Assembly (NCBI GenBank): GCA_002633005.1
Contig: NMRA01000331.1
Span: forward strand, 67,674-131,673
Length of the DNA: 64,000 nucleotides
Direction of reading: 5' to 3'
Source: Phoronis australis
Taxonomy: Eukaryota; Animalia; Phoronida
The number at the start of each line of letters is the position of its first letter. Position 1 is the stretch's first letter. The notes beneath the pieces are model-generated. The model worked only from the letters and a program-made list of their open reading frames with translations, did no database searches and was not told the DNA's origin. The position numbers and the translations under genes were made by a program. Below are positions 38,608 through 51,388 of the stretch, in pieces.

Positions 38608-41581
38608 TGCACGAGTTGAGACAAGAAATTTTAGGTATTGTTGGGGTCGTCAACTGCGAGTTTTATTATTCACTCATTTATGTTTACAACTCGTCATGTC
38701 ACTCCTCTGGCTCTATCACAAAGACATACAGTAATCTTCAGTTGATACTACAGCATAACGGAATGTGTAAGTAGTTTGAGCCCTAGTTCAAAGCTTTTCC
38801 ATTACTAGTGAGGCTAATCCTCAAACACAAATCAGGAGTTGGAATCCACCTTTATCACACAAAGCTACCACGCATAGGAAGCCGATTGATTTCTGGTTGT
38901 GTCATTATTTCTTTGTATGTTCTGTGTAATTTTCAATAAATATATATCATCTTAAAAAAACTACGTTTTGTCTTCGTTTTCCCCAGCATCCTTCCATCAT
39001 ATGTGCACCTCGTTGACTCAATATTATCAAAGATTTTATAGTATCTTTGATATTATGGTGAGTCACAGCCCTTTGAACTGGTAGTAAACAAATTTCCACA
39101 CGAGTGTGCGGTTCCAAGGTGGTTCTGCTAAAACGCTTTTTCGGTATACATTTCGTATTTGAAGTTTTCCGAGAATAAAGATAAAGTGTTTTGGTAGACA
39201 TATGTGAAATATTGTAAAAATGGCCAAGTTTTGTAAATAAGGTTTGAGATATCCTTAAACAGTGGTGTCTTGCTCATTGAGTAGCTGGGACAGAGCGACA
39301 TGTTCGATTGTTTTGTATATATTGTACATGCTGACAGTGATATTTACTATCAAAAGTATAATCGTTTCTGGTATGCGAATGCTAAGGGCTAAAGTTGACA
39401 TCAAACAAGGTAGCTCTACAATGATACCGTGGTCTAGCAGTACGATCCATGGTGTTACATAGCTTTGCAAAGTAGTTAGAACAAGGACAACCAAATGCAG
39501 TGGTGAAATATCAAAGATAAACATGGTGTGAATAATAACACATGTATTGCGTGTGTTTACCTCCTGAAACATTTCTCACGGATATGAATACTGGCACTTA
39601 TGGTTATTTAAAACCGAAACACAACTACATATACTGTATGCTCCGATGAAACACGGTTTCTCATTCGTCCGACTTTTCCTCTTAAAAGATTGTTAAGTTT
39701 GGATTTCAGTAAAACAAAAGGACAGACGTGTATGGTAAGATTGCATTAGTACCGAAGCATCTACATAAGACTGTACACAGATAGTCTTACCAAATTTGTT
39801 TTCAGTATGTTCTGTCTATCCCCTTGTCATGTTTTGCCCTAAAAATCTTCTGGACGGCAGATTCCAAGAAACATTAACATTACTATACTAGTGGTCTAAG
39901 GAATTTTCGCCCTGCACTTCATTAGTTCCTATGGCCTTTTTCGACACATTAAGTAAATTATGATTCTAAACACAGGATTATCTTCAATTGTCAGAACTTC
40001 AGCATGTCGTCCAGTTTACTTCTTAACCAAAGTTTAAAACGTGCATTGTTGTGTTGTGAGCCAAAGACAAGAGGTAATAGAAAACAAGTTAATAATATAC
40101 TGACGTCATGGCCTGTGACATCGCTGAATGACACTAATACAATATGCATGAAATTAGACGTATTTTACACATTCACCGAAATGCAACTGCACTTACGTCA
40201 GCTTGCTGCGCCGAAGGCAACCATTCTGAATACACGATTTCACGATTTCTCGTATTGTAAGTACGTATCCATGTACTCAGTCGAGGTTAAAAGAAAGTTG
40301 CCTTACTAAATTTCTCCAGGTGAGGATTGATCGGAGTAACAAATGTTAATTTCCTACGCGTTTGAATGGGTCTGCACATCTATTGTTGTCAGAATCTACG
40401 TTCGTTGACGATAAATCGGTGCTCACTACTGGAACAACGTGTTTGAAGTTAAAAGAGCTTCAGAAGCGGTAACTTCCCTTGAGATTCTAGTGGTGAAAAC
40501 GGTTGCCTGTAATATGCAGCATAACTGGGAAATGCAAGTTAAATATGAGCAGAGCCTTAGAAATCGCTTTCTTATTATATCCAGGTTTTCATCCATTCCC
40601 TTGCAAACATTCACTACTAGCAAGACCGAGCTTAGAGGAGCAGGAGACACCTTTGTGCAATGCTCGACCGTCTGACAGTAAAGCCAGGATTCGAACCCGC
40701 CTCCCGTTCAGTAACGCTAGGACCTCGCTAAAAAGCAAGACTTCGCGAGATTACGTGAGATATTGCCGTGTATTTTTAATGAGAACACGTGACTTTGACT
40801 AGGTTTTAGCTAGGTCCTAGCGTAGGTCCTAGCGTGTACGAAACGCACGCCGGGTCTCCAGAACTCAAAACAGATCCACACTGTCTCCTGGAGGAATGCA
40901 AGTCATACTATTTCCCAACCAGTGATGCCGCGTACAGACAGAGAAGACTTCTTACGACCAATCAGCAGGAAATATCAAGTTGCAACAGGGTTAGAAACCT
41001 GACTATCAAAATATTTTCGTGGTTAATTTGAGGGTATTTTTAATGTTTGTTGGATTTTCCTTGGGAGGTAGTGCTCAGCAAATATCTTACAGTTCAGAAT
41101 TGAAAAATAACCATAATACTGCGATATTTAGTGTAAAACACGATCTTACTTAAAAGTGTCAATACTGCCGCAGAACCCCACACGACCAACAGTCCCGTTT
41201 CTTATTTTTATAGAGATCTGTTATTTAGGACCCTACAAAATGTCCATATTCGGAACATCATATCTCAGAAATGGCTATTCGGGTTCATATTGAATTTTTA
41301 GAAAGCACGCTGTTACAATCTCCCATTTCTACATGAGGGTCTATCAAAAACAGAACATCTCTGATTTTTACGAAAAAACAAGTTGCACAATACGAAATCG
41401 AAATTATTATTTAGAAAAATATTACATCTTTTTTGACATTTTATCTGAAACGTTTATATTTAATGAAATTACTGTGATGTTGTTGATATCGCTGTTTCGC
41501 TATCAATCTACATTTCTTTTTTTACGAAATTTTAATAAAATGGCATGGTCACACGACTAAATTTATTTATATCTTATTTCA

Positions 41582-42090
41582 GATACCAACCTTAAATTTA
41601 ATATAGACATAGATCACATCACAAAGAAGTTGTCAAAGCAAATCGACGTACTTAACTTCTACGTAAATTTCTTAATCTCATCACTCATAAGACAATATAC
41701 CATTCTATTACTCAGCCTGATATTTATTATTTTTACCGGTTTGGGGACATACCAGCGTCACACTTGTTAGCAAAGTCCAGGTAATCCAAAATAGAGCCGA
41801 CAGGGCTATTCTGGGTACTAGAATTGGGAACCCCGGGTCACCGACCTGTACAAACTTGAATTTATGAAAGTAAACAGAAATAAATATCTCTCTACCTGTT
41901 GCATGTACAGATGTATCAATGGCTTGGCTCTAACATGTCTCATCCTCAAATTCAGTTGCAGTCAAGCTATATACTGTACCTGTTCTTCCGTTGCTGGTAA
42001 TGTTTCATGCACAAAATTAAAACCGAGAACAGCAAGATATCTTTTATATATGCTGCCGTTGCAATATGGAGCTCTCTTAGACTCGAAATT
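41582..42090 (+). mobile_element. Degenerate L2/CR1-group LINE ORF2 C-terminal remnant
   Basis: DTNLKFNIDIDHITKKLSKQIDVL..LRKFL...IYHSITQP..Y...VWG...KVQVIQNRADRAILG across frameshifts. Confidence 0.75.
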
Positions 42091-42189
42091 AAACGGTAAG
42101 ATTCAATTAATGAGCACCGAGCTTAGAGATGCGCCCACGAATGCATCGCTAACTGTGTGCTTCTGGGGGTGTGTATTTGTATCATAAAA

Positions 42190-42975
42190 CTGACCACTAG
42201 ATGGTGCAAAATACATAGAATCCATCCAAAACGGGAACATGCCATCGCTCTTTAATAGAAAGTTAGTTAACAAATTTCATAAAAACCTGTCAAGGACTTC
42301 AGAGAAGCAAAGGAAAACAAAAATGGCACTAGGAGGCACCACAGCAGTCAAAATCCTCGAAAATCATCGTCAACCATCCTCTTAACACTAAGAACATATG
42401 CCAATTTTCACAATCATCCTTATAATGATGCAGTTGATAGAGAGGCGGACTCTAAAACAACAAAAATGGCCATTAGGAGACACAGGAGGATAATGTCATC
42501 TCATCAGTAGATGCCTACGATCAAAATTTTATGAAAATCTGCTGAGAACCTTTGAAAATACAGAGATAAACGTAAAAAGAACTAAAATTGCCACTAGGGG
42601 GCACACCTGTAGTCAGATCCACACGAAAGTAGTCGTCGTCCGTTGTCAAATTTATATAAATACACTTGCTAAATTTAGTAACAATCCTGCATAGTTTTAA
42701 GGAGATACAGCCATGGACGCAAAACAACTGCCACTAGGAGGCGCCACACTACTCGAAGTCGTCGGAAAATCGTCGCCATCCGCCCTCTTTAAGAATATAC
42801 ACGCCAATAACCACAATCATGCTTGGCGTACTTTGGTTGATAGGGGGACGACCGACAAAAAACGGACTCGAAAGCAGTAAAAATGGCCACTAGGTAGCGC
42901 AAAATGCCTTGAATCCATCCGAAAACAGGAGAATGGCGTCATCTCATTAATAGATGCCAGTGTGCCAAATTTATA
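42190..42975. mobile_element. Helentron/DINE-like repeat (copy 2) with six CCACTAG(G/A)NGGC-type motifs
   Basis: Homologous to 3290-4110 (e.g. TCGTCGTCCGTTGTCAA, CAGTAAAAATGGCCACTAGGT, GAATCCATCCGAAAA); subunit spacing 121-156 bp. Confidence 0.6.
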
Positions 42976-45900
42976 TTGTAAATCGACACATATCGGCGTC
43001 AATGAAATCAAGGCAGGAAACTTTATCAGTAAAATGCGCTTAAATACTCTGTGTGGGTTTATCTCCACCAGCAGAGCGTCAGACTGTGACTGAGGGTTGC
43101 AGGTTTTATTTCGAGTAGAGACTGAACTCCAAAAATCAGTTCTTTCGACGATAATTTCCCTTTAACACAAATATGTCACATACAGACGCATGCGCCTATT
43201 TCCGGAAATAGGCGAAGCTCTACATGTAGCCGCCTAATACGGCACAGGAAAACTTCTTCGAAAGCAGCTCTAAACGAATGGGTCCGTTTTAATCGTGCCG
43301 ACTCTCTAAAAGGACGTTTTATCATGCTGACAAGTTCTAAAAGGACAATTTCTACTTAATGAACTCCTTATCACTAGTCTCTGTATCTAATGCATTGTGA
43401 AAGAGAAGGGGTTCCTTAGGTTAGAGTTCACCTACTTTTTTTAACTTGGAGGATACACCAGATCTAATGTTCTCTGTCAATTCTCTTGCTTATTTTAGTA
43501 CGCTTCTTTTTTCCTATTATTGGTTATTTCTTTTCAGTCTCTGGTGTGTGATTAGTCTGATTAGTGTGATTAGTCTCACACCCGTTTATTGGTGTGAGGA
43601 CATGTTAATAGACGTATGTTCACGACTGCCGTGATTTCCATCAGCTGTTGTAAACTGTCTGTCACGTGTGTACTTGGTATTTAAATTTTTATCAACCAAA
43701 CCGACATTGGATTTACCGAGGCACTGTTAACAATTAACAAAAGACTTTTCAGTTGTTTGTCTTCAAATCTCCGACCAAGCAAAGCAAACCCTACAGAATT
43801 TCGAGACAGAAGCGTACGCACATAGTTCAGTAAAAATTGGTTTTCATCGTTCATTTACAGAACCTTCAATTCTAAAGGTCATTTTCTTCGTTCTCAGAGC
43901 ACGGTGTTCCTCCGTGGAAGGCAGCGTTGATAGTCGGTTCATTAAACTGCTGTATAAAGCTCTCTAACCCAGTAATATGTACAGACAGCATAGCTAGAAA
44001 CCAAGTGTAGTTTCAGACAAAACATGCCCCCAATCAGGATATTGCATAACACCAGAAGTTTTACACCACGTGCGGCACAACAGGTCTTGCGGCAACATGT
44101 TTGTTGAGGATCCTTGTGGAAGGCAATGCACAGCACTTACGAGGTTATCCTTTTCAAAATATAAAACACGAAAATGCTAGGATTTCCTATCTCACGTCCG
44201 AATGCGTTTGATGAAGAACGAAATGTGTGCCTTAACAGCATTGTGTGAGAAGAACTGTAGTTTCCCCTGCCCCCTCACCACCCCCATGAGTTGACCGTCC
44301 ACTAGGCGAAAGTGACATATATAGGTAAATACATGCGGATGCGTTGCGGATGACGATGCCTTTCTTACAGACAGAAATGGTTTGAAGCACACTGTGCTTA
44401 ATTAGTTTGTTTTTGCAAAATTTGAAGACTTTCAAAATACTGAACAGAATTTTTTTTCCAAACTTTAGATTTTTTTATGTCTCATTCGGTCGTAGTTCGA
44501 CTCGGACAAAATAAGTTTCTTTTGTTCTCAGAAGATTAGTATACCAAAAGCGATTCTTAAATCGCAGAAGGTCATCGTATACAACAACCCAGAGGCATCG
44601 TAAAAAATTGAGATTTTTTTCACTGTGATTGCGAATGTAAACCAGTCGATATAAATTCGGATTTTCCTAATATTGAGTCATGAGTTTTCGTACATAACAG
44701 TGATGTTGTTTTCGAAATTTCCTTATAGAAACCATCAATGTATGAGCGATAATGAACACAAATAATGAGCTTCACACAGATTTAATTTCAATTCGGAAGT
44801 GTTTGTTTTCACCTTCAGAGTAATTAGTTTAGTTATGACAAACCGTTCTACACTTAAGTTTTATCTAGTATTTACCGACTGAATGGAAGAGGTGACGGAC
44901 TACCGTATATAATCCCATCATAATTAGGCAATACAATATGACAATTTAAAAAATGTGACATTTTATAGGCTAATAAATGAAATAATCCGTAAGACAGCAA
45001 ATTAACTGAAACATGCGCAGCTGACAGAATTAGTGATTGTTTTCAAGAATACAGCAGAAAATAGCATATTTGGTTCTGGTCTGTGTTCTTTTTTGACAAT
45101 TGATGCAGTGATGCGGTATTCTAGTGCTACATTTTGTCAGGAAGATCACCTGTGTTGCAGTGTGCTGTGTTGCCGAACACCATGCCTGAACTCTAAAATC
45201 ACTTGCCAGGCAAAGTGAGCTTGCGTACAAGACGGTTCCTGAAAGTCACGTGGTTCAATAGCCACAGAAGAAAAGCACTCACGTAGGAAAATCGAAACAG
45301 TTTGTTTGTTCAAACCAGTACGCGTTCGTGAGTTTGTTAATGCGTTGTTCATTTCTATAAAAGGGGATGGTAGCCTAACTACACTGAATACATCGCACAA
45401 AACTTAGAGAATTTTTTTGCAAAAATAGCTTCAGTAAAACGGTCTGGTAGGCGCTTTGTTCTTCGAACAGTGAGGCGCAAGTTTCAAAATGAAGCAGAAC
45501 CAATCATGCATTTTTGGCCTGACATATCTTCGTCCGGAATGTTAGAGCACAGTCAGCGCCCTGGAATAAAAACACTTGTTATTTACTTTTAAAGGGGGCA
45601 CTTACTGAGTTGGCTAGCCATTTGTGTTGTTCCTTTTCCGCATTTTAATGGGACACAGTTAGTTTTAGAGTCGACAAACGGGATTGTTGTAAGATTACCT
45701 TCTTCTAGTTATTGGCTTTGACCACTGCTACAAAACGGCAAAATGGCTCTCAACTCATTCGCTAGTATAAACCGAAATTGAGACCGTTGACCTTATCGGC
45801 AAAACACGCTAAAGAACCCAGGTACTTGCTGCATTGCTTTTAGTTCTACTAAGTGTGGGACTGTGACAGCTGAGGTTGTCGATTCGAATCCGTCATGAAG

Positions 45901-46071
45901 TTGATGTCAAAATATGCAACCTCGTGGCCGATCAAAATGAGCTGTAGAGTACAAGCACATACATAATTATTTATTAGTTTTTTTGTTCCCATTCTGTTCT
46001 GTTTAAAGTCGATTCATCGGTGTCTAGCAACTTCTTATTGGTCCATAAGCAATAAAATACAAAAATTGTCA

Positions 46072-46136
46072 AATAAACACAGAAAATCAGGAACCCCAAC
46101 TGGGAATCGAACCACAGGTCTCTAGATTGCTGGTTG
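46072..46136 (-). mobile_element. tRNA-derived SINE fragment (3' half of head)
   Basis: GGAACCCCAACTGGGAATCGAACCACAGGT shared with 51335-51366; minus-strand B box GGTTCGATTCC; matching A-box half on + strand at ~46230-46272. Confidence 0.6.
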
Positions 46137-47135
46137 CATATGTCCAAATTTCGTGTGAATAAGGCGAAACGCCGCTCATGGAATGTTTGACATAACAATT
46201 GGCTGCAAATAGTAATTGCACAGATATCGGGTCCTCAGTAACTCAGTGTTAGAGCACTTGACCGGCAATCTACTTACTAACTGTACAGTATGTTACGCAG
46301 TCTTAACAATGATACTTTACACTCATTAGTAGCACGTGTAACAGATTGGCTAGCAGTCCATTCAAAAGTGTTAACAAATGAGCTAAACTAACGTATTATC
46401 CGCTTCTATAATCGGAAGCATTTTATACCATAGCAAAGACTCCAGCCGCTGATATCGGCGAATGTTCACATGTACTACAGCCGGTCGTCTTTGTGTGTTT
46501 GCTTGTTTTCTCGCCACTGACGCAATATAGCGCGAAAAGACTACTTCACATCTCATTAGGCGTGTTTATTGTTGCATTCTAAATCAATAATAGGACTATC
46601 TGGATAGTTCAGTTTTTGCAAGGAAATGAAAATGATCTCAATGCGGATACAGAAATTAATTGGGTCACTCACCTCAAAACAATATGTTATTGGTTGAAAC
46701 GATTACGGTCGTAAAATGAGTCTTTACGCATGTAATTTACGAGCGTAATTTACGAGAGACACTTTCCGCACAGGGGCCCAACATGAGATGAGACGTGTGA
46801 CGAGCATTCACATGTGACTTTTCTTCAGGCGGCAGACGTTCTATATGCCTTCTGATCGGAACACATGTGAATGCTTTATCAGTCATCAAAAGTGATTTGG
46901 TCATTGTGGCAGCGCAATGATGGTGATGAATGCAGAAGCACTTAAATCGCAGGATTTCATCACCGGCGTTGCAAATGCATTCTGGGGCGGTTGTCGGCTA
47001 GTAAACATCCGATGACCTTTTAATTTGATTTATGGTTTGCGTTCTAATTGGTAAGATTTAATTTCAGCGTGATCGGATGGCAATTGCCTGTAAAATCTTT
47101 CGAGCAAAAGAATTGCTAATTTGTGTGTTATTTCG

Positions 47136-47339
47136 ATGCATTTTGAGGCTTGCTTTCAGTGTATGATGGTTGCTTGGTCGTTTTGATACCAAAATTCACG
47201 ATGTAGTGAACCTGAGCTTTTTAGAATTTTGCTCAAGATGCATTTTGAGGCACGCTTTCAGTGTATGGTGGTTGCTTAGTTGTTTTGATACCAAAATTCA
47301 CGATGTTGTGAACCTGTGCTTTTTAGAATTTTGCTCAAG
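47136..47339. repeat. 102-bp tandem duplication
   Basis: GATGCATTTTGAGGC...TTTTAGAATTTTGCTCAA twice in tandem. Confidence 0.9.
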
Positions 47340-47811
47340 ACGTGGTGTCGTTTTCCATCATTGTGTTTACACGTCACCAAGTTATCTATGATGTCACCGA
47401 GCCAACAAAAGTCCCACAATACAACTAAAAAACGACAGCAGCCCTTAGATGAATCCCCTGATTAGGGCCTGACCGTTTCTCTGTTAATTTGACCTTTAAC
47501 CTCTGTATTGCTACATTACGACCTGATAAACACAAATTACCACTGAACCACTGAAAATCTAAGATAACCCATGATTCCGTTTTCGAAAACGCCTTTACTT
47601 TTCCAATTTTTTCAGGAACACTAAAGTGAAAATGTCATTGGCGGCGCTTCGTTAGTCGTCCGAAAAGTGTCGAGTTCCATATCAATACAAACACATCAGC
47701 GTAATTTCATACAAATCAATCAATCGGCAGATACTGAGAAGTACACAAACAATCGACAAAGAACAACACTAGTACTTGTCTATTTTCGACCTCTAGAAAC
47801 CCAAAGCGTGT

Positions 47812-48194
47812 TCTCCCTGATTCCATGCGTGCCCGCTAGGTGGTAAAGAACACGCAGTTATCGTTCAGTAGCAAGCGTTTTATCACTGGTTGATATAACC
47901 TTGACAGTCATCGGTTAGCTTTACAATAAAGAAGAAAAATGGCGAACTATGGACGATTTTTAGCCTTGTCAGTGGCGTGACAGCTTAAGCACCGATTTGT
48001 CTGTGCAACAGACCACAAACTATATCCACATTTACACTTCCTCCATTAGTCATGCCAGTTTGTTTACGTAAAGCGATACCTGTTGAGAATTTGACCAACC
48101 AATCAGAAACGCCGGTGTAAAAAATTCCCGTGGAAAATCAAATGAAACCTGCGTGTTCTCTATCCCCTAGCGGACAAGCAGGGAACCAGCGAGA
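47812..48194. mobile_element. MITE copy 2 (internally deleted relative to 8973-9569)
   Basis: Shares CCACATTTACACTTCCTCCAT, CCAATCAGAAACGCCGGTGTAAAAAA and the GCAGGGAACCAGCGAGA end. Confidence 0.8.
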
Positions 48195-49650
48195 AGCGGG
48201 TTTGAAGTGAAAAGTACACCGTGGCGTGTACGTGAAAAACTAATCCAGTGAGATGCCATGATTAAAACAAATGCAAAACGCCCTCAAAATACAATTTCAA
48301 GTGCAATATATCTCAGCAATGTTTCTTTTTCCACTAAGAACGGTTGAGAATGTAGAACAAAGATCAGAGGAAAGCAGGCATGTTGTTACACTAGTGTATC
48401 TGTTTAAGCACGATAGGACAGATTTAAGAAAAACGTGTCAATGAATGGGTTATCATCTCATTTGTCATGCTTTCCTTTCAGCAATCTAACGGAAAAAGTG
48501 TGTAAGTTCCCACAACATTGTATCACATCACGTCCTGGCTTTGATCAAACTTCGAGATTTATGGGAAATTTATCTATAAATGATGGCGTCTGGTTTAATG
48601 TGACATTATTACACGCCTCGAACTTATCGACAACTCGATCAAGAAATCCTAAATTTGAAATTCATAATAGTCTCGCATACTCGTATGTGGTCATAGCACA
48701 ATTTTTCTTTCGAGCAAAACTGCCCTTGGCCGCAACGCCACCTCTGGGAAGAATGGACTTGTGAAAGGATGATGACGCGACACGAACAAGTCCTGGTCAG
48801 TGACTTACATGTACAGGGGTCCTGGATTTGGGAACCAGTTTGGTGCTCGTTATTCAACAGAGAACATTGGTTCTGAAAACGCAGGACCTCTGTAAGTAAC
48901 TATTACACAAATCCGCGTGTGGTCACGAGCATGCATGCCTCGTTTTGGGCGTTTGTCGTAAACATCCTCATTTCTACCATAAAAACTCAAAACGTGTTAA
49001 TCTTAACAGGCTTCTTTCAAATATTTACAAGTATTAACTTTGTCAACGCTATACCGACCGAGGATATTTTGAGGAAATGATATCTGTGTCCCGATTGTGT
49101 TGACAGCTTATCCAATACACATGTGACCACACATGTAACAATAACCAGCAACGACTATTCATACCTTCTCAAGGTTTTAATGGTTTTAACTTTAAAAGAA
49201 GTACTTAATACAATTATACAATATTACTTTCAAGAAGACAACCTGACTTTTTTCACCTAATGAATTTCCTAATCGAAGATGCCAAAGCGGGTAATACAAA
49301 ACCCACACAACCGTGGTTTTGCAGTCTTCGATGCGTTGCTGCTAGACTCGTTGTCATGCCAACGAATTGGGTGCCAACTTACATCATTACAATTGATACA
49401 GGGTTCGATAATCGATAATGGTCAAGAACGGTATACGGAAATCAAAATACAGCTCGTGAAAAAAACAACTGCTTCCACGAGACAAGAAACCGAGTACAAA
49501 CCACTGCCCCCCAACCACTCCCCTCCCCTAGCTTTCGGAAATTGTTGACACTTCTCATACAATACCGTCGTTATTGTAAGTCTTTGACTCGCAGTGCTGG
49601 GTCATTGATTTGATAATAATACGTTCATGTAGTATATTATACTGTCATGT

Positions 49651-50004
49651 ACTTATTTCAGTAATCTTCATAGACAAAACGTTATTTAGGACCTTAGAGA
49701 AGTGTATATATCTCACAATTACTTATATCAGTAATCCTCATAGACAAAACGTTATTTAGTACCTTAGAGAAGTGTACATATCTCACAATTACTTATATCA
49801 GTAATCCTCATAGACAAAACGGTATTTAGTACCTTAGAGAAGTGTACATATCTCACAATTACTTATATCAGTAATCCTCATAGACAAAACGGTATTTAGT
49901 ACCTTAGAGAAGTGTATATATCTCACAATTACTTATATCAGTAATCCTCATAGACAAAACGGTATTTAGTACCTTAGAGAAGTGTAGATATCTCACAATT
50001 ACTT
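49651..50004. repeat. 70-bp minisatellite x5
   Basis: Units start at 49651, 49721, 49791, 49861, 49931 (ACTTATATCAGTAATCCTCATAGACAAAAC...TCTCACAATT), near-identical. Confidence 0.95.
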
Positions 50005-51315
50005 TGTCTATACTTACGTAGGTATTTGGCTAAATGCACAGACTTGTCGATAACGTCCAATTATAAAGAAAGAATGCTAGCCAATTACATCTTCATATAC
50101 CCATAAAATAATTGAGATTCAAGCCACATTTTCTACTAATAGATAGTAGAGCTAACGTTAATAAGTGAAGGATAGGAACTAAATGCTACATGGATGTCGA
50201 CTTGCTACGATGTAATTGCTGCCTTGGTTTCTTATTCATTCCTTTAAATTTGATGAAACGGTTAATAGCATAGACTGAAAGGTTTCTATAACCATACCTT
50301 AAAGCTAGATAACATTAGTCTAAGAAAAAAACGACTGAACTCAATCTCCTTTTAAAACTTGATATGACTGATTGTAATAATAGGCTTGAAGATGGGTCAA
50401 AGTGGTATGCCCACTCATAATAAACAAAAATATTCCTTACCAATTTAGTGAATGATGAAAACAGCATCCAGTCCAGTCGTATGTTTCCTGATAACCGACA
50501 TGTATTTTTACTGTTCAGTCAGCATTTATACGTTAGTAGAGTGCAACAGTTGTGAATCAAAATTGGTGAACTAAATGTATAAGCTGTCACGTGATAGGCA
50601 AGACAATTTGATTTACAATGTACACATCTTGACCTCATGACCATAGAATATAATGAATGGGAATGTCGATATTGAGATATTTGTTCGCAATACAAATCAC
50701 GTCATTACGACCGGATAGGACGAGTTAGTATTTGGCATTTCTTTATAGACACCATACAAAAGAGATTGCTAGTAATCAAAGACCCCTCCACGAGTTTCAA
50801 TCTTTCAAGCTGGCTTCTGCGAACGAAAAGAGCAGCACTTACCGGGGAGGAAATAACTGCGATTACAGAACCGGGAAAGAAACGCAAAGGAAATATCTAT
50901 GCAACTTAAGGGCATTTTCTTAAAAATTTACAAGACTTTGATTAACATTTATCTGTCCTAATAGCCTACCTGTTTGTTCATTGAAGGCAATTACTTCACA
51001 GTTTATATGTAAATACCACTGAGACGCCAAGGCCGAAGGCACTACAAAGAATTGGTGAACAAGGAGCAGGAGGATCAACCTCGCTCACGACAATCTTTCG
51101 CATACATGAGTACAAGTTTTTTCTTTTTCTGCGGAATGCACCACTATTGACAAAAATTCAAATGTTGTGAATTCTCAGACGTTTCCTCCAACATCACATT
51201 TGTGAAAAAAAAAGTTTTGTCAGAAAACGAAGCTAATTCACAAGAATGCGAAGAACTAATTTAAAAGTTTATGTAAATATATAGACCCTGAGGTTGGCCT
51301 ATAGAGAAATATATC

Positions 51316-51388
51316 AAATAAACACAGAAACACCAGGAACCCCAACTGGGAATCGAACCACAGGTTTCTAGATTCCCGGTCTAGTGTT
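51316..51388 (-). mobile_element. tRNA-derived SINE fragment
   Basis: Near-identical to 46072-46136. Confidence 0.6.
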
